DNA of 64,000 nucleotides from Alkalispirochaeta sp. (GTDB lineage: Bacteria > Spirochaetota > Spirochaetia > DSM-27196 > Alkalispirochaetaceae), in assembly GCA_965601925.1 (NCBI GenBank), contig OZ271854.1:1312001-1376000 (forward strand), written 5' to 3'. Position 1 is the first letter of the stretch; every line of letters begins with the position of its first letter. A model generated the notes under the pieces. The model was given only the letters and a program-made list of their open reading frames with translations, was not told the DNA's origin and did not search any database. Positions 18,650 to 26,964 of this stretch are shown here, in pieces. A program made the position numbers and the translations under genes.

Positions 18650-21101
18650 CGTGGTCTGAACTCCCAGTGCAAGTGCGGTCCCGTCGAGTTTCCGGTATTC
18701 CCCACGTTCCCAAACTGGTATCCCGGCGGGAGGGTGAATCGGTAGATGTCCGTCGCCCGCGCCGCTTGAAGCAGATCGTTGAGTTGGTTCGAGGCACGCG
18801 TATTAGGCTGCAAATGCCCATAGATCATATCGAAGTCGGGCGTCCTGGTTCGCAGATTCAACCCATACCCGGCACTCGGATCATTTGGGTTATCCCACCC
18901 AAGCGGATTCATGCCCACTATCACCGTCTCCTCCTGTGTCGTAAACAACGGATGGTTCTGTCCAAAGGTCCTGAGATCTATTGCCTCACCACCGCCCCAG
19001 CCATGCTCACGGCCATCCTCGTAAAGGGAGAATGTCGAAATGTCATCTCTTCCTTGAATCGGATCGATCACTCGCCCATCGCCGATTAACTCATACATCG
19101 GGTTGTTGTTGTCCAGGCTCCACTCGTCCCGGATTCGACCGAACGCCTGTGCAACGTCGTCTTGCGAGTACTGTTCGTTTCGCTCTGCGTCCAGCAACCC
19201 CGGTGCTCCGAACGACCCGTACCGCTGTCCATACAACGCCGCGTCGTACTCCTGGGCAAATCCCTCCATCGAGTTCGCCGCCTCGTACTGCGCCGCAATC
19301 TCCGGTGTCATCGTACCGTTCCGCAGCGCCGTCATGAAGTCAGTCTCGGCGCTCTCTTGCGCCGCATTCACCGCAGCTACCATGCTCCCACCGAACGCAC
19401 CTACGTTGTCGATGTAGTCCCGCTGCATGAAGTATCGCGCCTTGAAGGCTGCTCCCGGATCAAGGGTATGATCTGCGTCGTTCTTCACGTCCGTCGCCCC
19501 TCCGTTGGTCGTGAACGTCCCGTTCTCATACGTCCACCCGGCGTCGATCATCATCTGGTTCGCCTCGGCCTCCGTGATTCCCAAATGCTCGGCAAGCGAC
19601 GCCGCATAGCCACCCTCTCCCTCAAACTCTCGAAGGAGTTCGTCATTCTCGTCGTATACGCCTTTCCGGCCGTCAAAGATCAACTCGCCTTGTGCGGTGA
19701 GTTTCCAATAATCCGCACTCGAATCATACGCCGTGGCCGCATACGCCGCAAAGTCCCCCTGGCCCGCCTGCGCCTTGAGGTACTGGTTGACGTCCTCGGC
19801 AAGGTTCGCGTCGTTCATGATGAAGTCCATCCCATACGTCTCCGCAGCACGCATCGCAAACTCCGTATGGCCCGTCACCGCGCTCACCGTCTCCGCGTTG
19901 TCCCCGTCCGCGATCCCGTCTCGGTAGCTCTCATGACTCAGCACACTCGCCGCCACCAGCTGCTCCTCCAAACTATCCCCGATCGCTCCCAGGTAGATGT
20001 CCTTCCCATTCCCTCCCGCAATCGTCTGCGCGCGTGCTCCTTCGCTCCCCGGTGCCCCGGTCAGGTGTAGCCGGTCCACTCCCTCCAGGATGTTCCCGTA
20101 AGTACTTCGCTCCCCGCGCTTCCCAAAGCTCCATGTGGCGCGTAACGTGTTCTCCGCCGCGGCGTTGTGCGTGTTCTCCTCGATGTATCGGTCGATCCGG
20201 GCCCGCTGGTGTAGGACGTTCGCTCCCATCATTCCGTTCGCCACCAGGTCGACCCCGATGTCGTAGCCGCCGCTTCCCACGTTGAACAGTGCGCCGTTAC
20301 CGCCCAGGTTCATCTCTAACGCACCCGCCGAGAGGGCGTTCCCCTTCTCATCTTCGATTCCCAGCATCCGGCCCACGTTCAATACGTTAATCGCCACCTC
20401 GCGATCCACCGCATAGTCGACCGCCGCGCCGACCGCATTCGCTCCCAAGCTCACCAGTGAGTTCACCGCACCCATGTGCTCCCGGGAGAATCCCGCCAAG
20501 TCGTCCATCTTCGCCAAACTCCCGAAACCGGACTGCGCCAACCCTTGCGCCGCGCCGCCGGCGTAGCCCGCTACCGCACTCTCGCCGAAGGTCGATCGGC
20601 GGAAGCCCCGTTCGTCAAAGTCCATGTCAAAGCTCGCGTCGATCGAGAATGAGTTGATCGCGCTGCTCATCGCCGTCGTCGCTACCGCCTGCGTCGTGCT
20701 CACCCCCACGTTCACCGCCGTCTGCGTGATCGCTCTGCTGCCGTCGACCGCCTTGCCGGCAAGCGTTCCCAACTGGTCGAATCCCTTCGCCATCCCGGCG
20801 CTCGCCAGGCTCACTGCCGTGCTCTTCGCAAAGCTCCCCAACGCGTCGTCCGCGTCCGCGTATCCCGTCGCGATGTCCGTCACCGTAAACGCCGCATTCG
20901 TCGCGATCGTTGCCGCCAACGATACGCCCGCTCCCGCTCCCAACGTCGCCACCGAGACCACCACTCCCGTTACCGTCACGATGTTCGGGGCGCCGAACAG
21001 TCCGTCCGGACTTCCGTCGTTGTCCGCGTCGTCGTCCCACATCCGCATCCGGTGAAACGGTACGTCCATCATCGCAAGGCCCCGTCCCAGCCGCGCTTCG
21101 T
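18643..21101 (-). CDS. Orphan toxin cassette D with M23 (LytM-like) peptidase tip
   Basis: 20536-21101 matches main gene 28813-29378; 19738-20535 matches cassette E; tip has AIDL...YGHL...VGNTGNSTGPHLHWE. Confidence 0.85.
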
Positions 21102-21115
21102 GTGTTATCGGGCGC

Positions 21116-21260
21116 GTCTCCCCCAAGTTTCAGCCAGGGGACCGGCCGACGGTGTCGATCACTCAGCAGGAGGAACCTGAAGTCGCGCTCGCCACCGCCG
21201 TCCGTTCCCCTGCGGGTTCCAGCAGAGATGTTTCGTCCTCAGGTGATATGTGGGGGAGAC
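21116..21260 (-). repeat. Cassette-leader structured element, copy D
   Basis: Near-identical to copy A (offset 8913); hairpin 21135-21212. Confidence 0.88.
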
Positions 21261-21370
21261 CGGGCTCTCCGGGGCTCCGCGGCTGAATCGGCGGGCTACA
21301 CGGTACGCCCGCCTGCCGCTCCGGTCTCACGAAGTGAGACCCACTTCGCGGCCCCTTCGATCCCTCGCGC
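21261..21370. repeat. Third palindromic repeat (type 3, REP-like), shared with 25796-25905
   Basis: ~110 bp near-identical to 25796-25905; hairpins GGCGGGC/GCCCGCC and GGTCTCAC-GAA-GTGAGACC. Confidence 0.8.
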
Positions 21371-21559
21371 TTGTTAACGGATGTATTGTCTACGGAAGCA
21401 GCAGGTTGCCGCAGGAGCGTTGTAACACAGGCAATAGCGGATTGGTGGAACAACGCCATGTTTAGTATCACGGCGAGGCGAGACTGTGTCGAGAAAGCAC
21501 CTTGGTGCATTCCCGTTTCTACCAATCACCTGGTTATTGTTGTCATTTCGCCTTAGATA

Positions 21560-22600
21560 CTACGGTCTCTCCTCAGGGGCCAATGCTTGATACTGCACCG
21601 GTCCTGTCGACAAAACCGAACCATCCACAATCCGGCGCTCCAACTCAAACACTTCGCCAATCTCGTATCCCTCACCGAATCCCTCGCTATCCATAGCATA
21701 CACGACTGTGTCGTAATGCTCAGTTGGATCCTCGTCAACAAAGCCGTAGATATAGATGATTGATTGTCTATTTGGCATTCGAAGTACGTTTCGCGTACTC
21801 CAGGTCGCCGTGTTTTCATTGAGAAATAGGAATTGTCCCCCGGGACTTACTTGAAGGATTGTAGGATTGAGATGAAGATGCCCACTGTATACCTGAATGC
21901 TGGGCAGGACATGGGCCGTCGAACCATCCGGTCTATACAGTCGTAGATCGGACGGATCGGTTGGGTCTGTTCCATCCGACGCTCCTATTCCCACAATGTA
22001 CTCACCCCATTGTTCCCAGTCGTAGAAGCTCTCGTTCCTAACGTTCCGTCCCCGGTAAAAGTCGTTTATTGCGATCCGCGCTAACGTTTCGGAATAAGGC
22101 CTAGGCGTTCTTGGTGTTATAGCCGCACGTTGTTCCCGAACTATAATCGGTGTAGTCGGATAAACCGCACCGCTCTCAATCGAATAGACAAACCGCTCAT
22201 ACTCACGTCGAACGCCTGTGGGTGCGGAAGCGTCGATCTCGAATACTACCATAGGAGAGAAAAACATCGACTTGTTATCCCTAGACGGAGTGAGAGAAAC
22301 ACCGAATACTTCGTCGTATGACGCTACTCGTACGACGGTCCCGGCAATGAGGTCCGCCACGAATATGTCGATATTCTGAAGATCTGCTCCCCGTCGTTCC
22401 TCCACGACTTCTCGTATCGGTATGACCAGACGATGATCGTCCAGCCACAGATAGCGAGGTCTTATCTCAGACGCTCCGACAACACTATCAGATACATGCA
22501 CCGCATACTGTAATGCAAGGTACTTTTCGTCCGTAGGCTGCGCGTTTGCCGTTGGTGCGAGCGCCGCCATCAAGGCGACGATTATCCCTACGACTGCCAT
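21560..22600 (-). CDS. Candidate immunity protein (cassette E), exported
   Basis: Overlaps the cassette E stop; signal MAVVGIIVALMAALAPTANA; lower GC; start uncertain. Confidence 0.7.
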   Translation of the reverse strand: MAVVGIIVALMAALAPTANAQPTDEKYLALQYAVHVSDSVVGASEIRPRYLWLDDHRLVIPIREVVEERRGADLQNIDIFVADLIAGTVVRVASYDEVFGVSLTPSRDNKSMFFSPMVVFEIDASAPTGVRREYERFVYSIESGAVYPTTPIIVREQRAAITPRTPRPYSETLARIAINDFYRGRNVRNESFYDWEQWGEYIVGIGASDGTDPTDPSDLRLYRPDGSTAHVLPSIQVYSGHLHLNPTILQVSPGGQFLFLNENTATWSTRNVLRMPNRQSIIYIYGFVDEDPTEHYDTVVYAMDSEGFGEGYEIGEVFELERRIVDGSVLSTGPVQYQALAPEERP

Positions 22601-25600
22601 AGGTTGTGTATATTTCTCATAATCAACTCCATTGCCCAGTCGCTCGCCTCGGGCGTGACGAACTGATCGTCCATCCACGGTATGAGTGAGTGTATATCAT
22701 TTCCGTTCTGTCGGTAGAGATCGATAATCGTATTCGGCATCATCCTGTTAGTCTCATGTCCCCCAAAGATCTTGGACCATGATGTCTCCGGATGCGTACT
22801 AAGAGTAGGATATGTAATGGTAGGGTCTTGCGTTGCCCAAGTGTTCTCGATTGGATCAACTAAAACGTTCGTGATGAAGTCCAAATGTGGTCCGGTAGAC
22901 TCGGCTCCGGTGTTGCCGATACTGCCGATTCTCATTCCCGCCGGCACGCCACTCAATCCTCGCCCCGTTGCGGTTACCCCCCTCGTGCCGAAGACTCCTA
23001 AGTAGTCCATGATGGTGTTCCCGTGGAGGTGGGAATACTGCCCTTGCACTGTCGCGCCAGTCGATATCGTTTGTAAGCCAAAGATCGGATCATCTTGCAA
23101 CTCGACGTGACTCTCTTCCCGCGACCGCACTCCCACTTCACCCCCGGTATACCGGCTGCCGTCCTCTCGATACACCGCAAAGTCTGCGCCCTCGTGATAG
23201 CGATTTGTTGGCTCACCGTGCCGATTCAACCGGAACCGGTGTCCTTGCGGCGAAGTCAACAGCGTATGGTCCCCCTCGCCAGGATAGATGATCGGGTCGC
23301 TCGGATCAAATGGCCCGACATTCGCGTCGTTCTGTATCAGCAAACCGCTACTCTGTGCCGCCACCAACGCCTGGTCCAATGTCGATATCCCTGCGTCCGT
23401 GACGCCGTTCCGCATCAAGTTATCGGCTATCCGCGACACATCCGCGAACTTCTCAGTCCCAGACCGGAATCGTAATAATGTATCCGCGTGCCGACTTGTG
23501 TCCGGTCCCATTCGAAACACACCTGGCTCCGTTGCTGGCGCGTCGGTCACCGCGTCCGCCACCAGATCTATGATCGTCTCGTCCATGTCCTCGTGACGCA
23601 CCCGCCCGTCTTCGGTCAGACCGCTCCCATTTCGACGCAATGCTTCTTCTACCGCCGCTCGCTTGTCCGGCGAAAGCGCACTCAGGTCAAAATCCAGATT
23701 TCCATCTTCCTGCCAGCCCCATTCACCATTCTCATCCTGCACCAACGCCCAGAAGTCCTGGTCCGATCGGTACGCCTGCGTCGCATACGCCGCAAAGTCC
23801 CCCTGGCCCGCCTGCGCCTTGAGGTACTGGTTGACGTCCTCGGCAAGGTTCGCGTCGTTCATGATGAAGCCCATCCCATACGTCTCCGCCGCACGCATCG
23901 CAAACTCCGTATGGCCCGTCACCGCGCTCACCGTCTCCGCGTTGTCCCCGTCCGCGATCCCGTCTCGGTAGCTCTCATGACTCAGTACACTCGCCGCCAC
24001 CAGCTGCTCCTCTAAACTATCCCCGATCGCTCCCAGGTAGATGTCCTTCCCATTCCCTCCCGCAATCGTCTGCGCGCGTGCTCCTTCGCTCCCCGGTGCG
24101 CCGGTCAGGTGCAGCCGGTCCACTCCCTCCAGGATGTTCCCGTAGGTGCTCCGCTCCTCGCGCTTCCCAAAGCTCCACGTGGCGCGCAACGTGTTCTCCG
24201 CCGCAGCGTTGTGCGCGTTCTCCTCGATGTATCGGTCGATCCGGGCCCGCTGGTGTAGGACGTTCGCTCCCATCATCCCGTTCGCCACCAGGTCGACCCC
24301 GATGTCGTAGCCGCCGCTTCCCACGTTGAACAGCGCACCGTCACCACCCAGGTTCATCTCTAACGCACCCGCCGAGAGGGCGTTCCCCTTCTCGTCTTCG
24401 ATCCCCAGCATCCGGCCCACGTTCAGCACGTTAATCGCCACCTCACGGTCCACCGCGTAGTCGACCGCCGCGCCGACCGCATTCGCTCCCAAGCTCACCA
24501 GTGAGTTCACCGCACCCATGTGCTCCCGGGAGAATCCCGCCAAGTCGTCCATCTTCGCCAAACTCCCGAAACCGGACTGCGCCAACCCTTGCGCCGCACC
24601 GCCGGCGTAGCCCGCTACCGCACTCTCGCCGAAGGTCGATCGGCGGAAGCCCCGTTCGTCAAAGTCCATGTCGAAGCTCGCGTCGATCGAGAATGAGTTG
24701 ATCGCGCTGCTCATCGCCGTCGTCGCTACCGCTTGCGTCGTGCTCATCCCCACGTTCACCGCCGTCTGCGTGATCGCTCTGCTGCCGTCGACCGCCTTGC
24801 CGGCAAGCGTTCCCAACTGGTCGAATCCCTTCGCCATCCCGGCGCTCGCCAAGCTCACCGCCGTGCTCTTCGCAAAGCTCCCCAACGCGTCGTCCGCGTC
24901 CGCGTATCCCGTCGCGATGTCCGTCACCGTAAACGCCGCATTCGTCGCGATCGTTGCCGCCAACGATACGCCCGCTCCCGCTCCCAATGTCGCTACCGAG
25001 ACCACTACTCCCGTTACCGTCACGATGTTCGGGGCACCGAACAGTCCGTCCGGACTTCCGTCGTTGTCCGCGTCGTCGTCCCACATCCGCATCCGGTGAA
25101 ATGGTACGTCCATCATCGCAAGGCCCCGTCCCAGCCGCGCTTCGTTCCGATAGAAGTCTTCCATGATCCGGCCCATCTCGCCGTAGCCCGCTTCCTGCAC
25201 TCGCTCCGGGTCGTCGCTCTTCATCACCGGTGCGTAGCCGACGTGGAAGTTGAATAGTCCCTCCGTGTCGTGGTGCAGGTACTCCTCCTCGCCGCTCTCT
25301 TCATTCTCCCGCGTTCGGTCGTAGCCCGCAGCGTGCGTCCAGCTCGCCTCGACCGCCGCAAAGCGCTCTTTGAGCTCGCCGTTCAGCTCTTCGACGCTGG
25401 TCGCCGCGGTCCCGTCGTCCTTCTGGTCGTCGCTCCGTCCAAAGATCAGGATCTGATATCGCTCCATCTCTTCGTACGCCGCCGCGATCATCGTCTGGAT
25501 GCCTCGGCTCGACAGGCCGTCCAACGACTCCTCCGAGAGGTCCACCTGGGGTGCAAAGACCGGCGCCGTAAAGTCATCATACGTTCCCGCCGTCTGCGTC

Positions 25601-25631
25601 TCCCGTTCGATTCCTCCCATCAGCGTCTCGT
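22588..25631 (-). CDS. Orphan toxin cassette E with M23-like peptidase tip
   Basis: 24580-25631 (1052 bp) matches main gene 28813-29864; tip has YHEGADF...YSHL...IGNTGAESTGPHLDF. Confidence 0.85.
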
Positions 25632-25645
25632 GGGACTTCGGGCGC

Positions 25646-25795
25646 GTCTCCCGCTCGTTCAACCAACGGAACGACCGGCGGTGTCGATCACTCAGCAGGC
25701 CCTTCGGGCCAGAAGTCGCGCTCGCCACCGCCGTCCGTTCCAGGCAGGATGAAGCAGGGGGTGTTTCGTCCTTATGATAGGTTGGTGGGGGAGAC
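25646..25795 (-). repeat. Cassette-leader structured element, copy E
   Basis: Hairpin 25668-25741; outer GTCTCCC/GGGAGAC; conserved core. Confidence 0.85.
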
Positions 25796-25905
25796 CGGGC
25801 TCTCCGGGGCTCCGCGGCTGAATCGGCGGGCTACACGGTGCGCCCGCCTGCCGCTCCGGTCTCACGAAGTGAGACCCACTTCGCGGCCCCTTCGATCCCT
25901 CGCGC
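25796..25905. repeat. Third palindromic repeat (type 3, REP-like), second copy
   Basis: Matches 21261-21370. Confidence 0.8.
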
Positions 25906-26531
25906 ATAAGCGTGTAATGCGTTTCTTATGTGAGCCGTGCCATCGTGGCTACACGCCAAACCGAGAGGCGATGGTAGCCCGACCAGTGCTTTCGGGTCTT
26001 CATCATCATTACGAGCAACTTGCGACGTGAGGCTTCGTCTGTTTTTCGCGGCTTCTCATGACCGCTCGGAGGTAGTGGTGTGTCGTGCAGGTCGACGAAC
26101 TCGTGGAGCATTGCACGAGGCCGCCTCATTTGACATACCACAATGCCCGCGGAACGTTTCGTCGGCTTTCATTTCCACAAACTGCTCGCTCATCCCAGTC
26201 GTTCCACCTCGGTGCTCGTCGTTTTATCACTCAGATGAGGTTTTGGACCCCCACGCCCTTACTTTCCAGGTTGCATTACCAATACGAGCGCGCAGCGCAC
26301 GTAGCATCTCCTCCATATGTTTCACGAGTGCGCCGCTACAATGGTACCGGATTGGTAATCGATAGGTGGAATATGGCGGTGGAGCGCTTCGGATCGACGA
26401 GACTCTATACCCCCGAGGTCACCTCGTAAGGCTTTCGTCTCCACCGACCGCTTACTTATCGCGGCTTCTTTATAGGCTCATCGTCCGAATGTGGTTCGGA
26501 CCCCAATGCCACGTGAGTCTTTGACCCCACG

Positions 26532-26951
26532 CTATTTTTGACCGTCTTCTGGAATACGTATACCGTACTCTTCCAGCCTTAGAATATCTTCTCTTGTTGC
26601 TTCTCGATACGTGTTACCAGGGAACTCGCCAGGCCCACTTATCTGTGTAATCTCGATTTCTCCATCATTCATGGATTGCTGAATTGAGTTCAATCCCCCC
26701 GTAGGACTTACATGGTAAATCACACCAGAGTCTGATGTAGCACCGATAGCCACTGAATAGCTATCCCATTCGAGGTCTACGAGCACTACAAACCAGTAGT
26801 TATCAAACTGCCTCAAAATAAGAAACTGTGGAATGAAACTCCCAACATTCCTAGTAGATAGCGTCCAGACACCACCCAAATCATCATTCTGGGCGCTAAG
26901 AGTCGCAACAAATGCAAAAGAGACTATTAGTACAATGATTACTTTCTTCAT
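26532..26951 (-). CDS. Candidate cognate immunity protein of the full-length toxin
   Basis: GAGAGG RBS, 13 bp after the toxin stop; signal MKKVIIVLIVSFAFVATLSA; markedly AT-rich; 139 aa. Confidence 0.8.
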   Translation of the reverse strand: MKKVIIVLIVSFAFVATLSAQNDDLGGVWTLSTRNVGSFIPQFLILRQFDNYWFVVLVDLEWDSYSVAIGATSDSGVIYHVSPTGGLNSIQQSMNDGEIEITQISGPGEFPGNTYREATREDILRLEEYGIRIPEDGQK

Positions 26952-26964
26952 CTTTATCCTCTCA

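Noticed and set aside
25632..25728. ORF-track N-termini of cassettes (MASATSGPK..., MGETRP..., MRLTT...) as real translation starts
   Set aside because: They run through the non-coding hairpin element, and start codons are not positionally conserved among copies (in-frame TGA just upstream in A, C, D). Translation cannot be fully excluded.
12203..25905. Repeats as a CRISPR array or classical integron attC sites
   Set aside because: Repeats are ~100-150 bp and kilobases apart; no cas or intI gene, and no consistent RYYYAAC/GTTRRRY boxes
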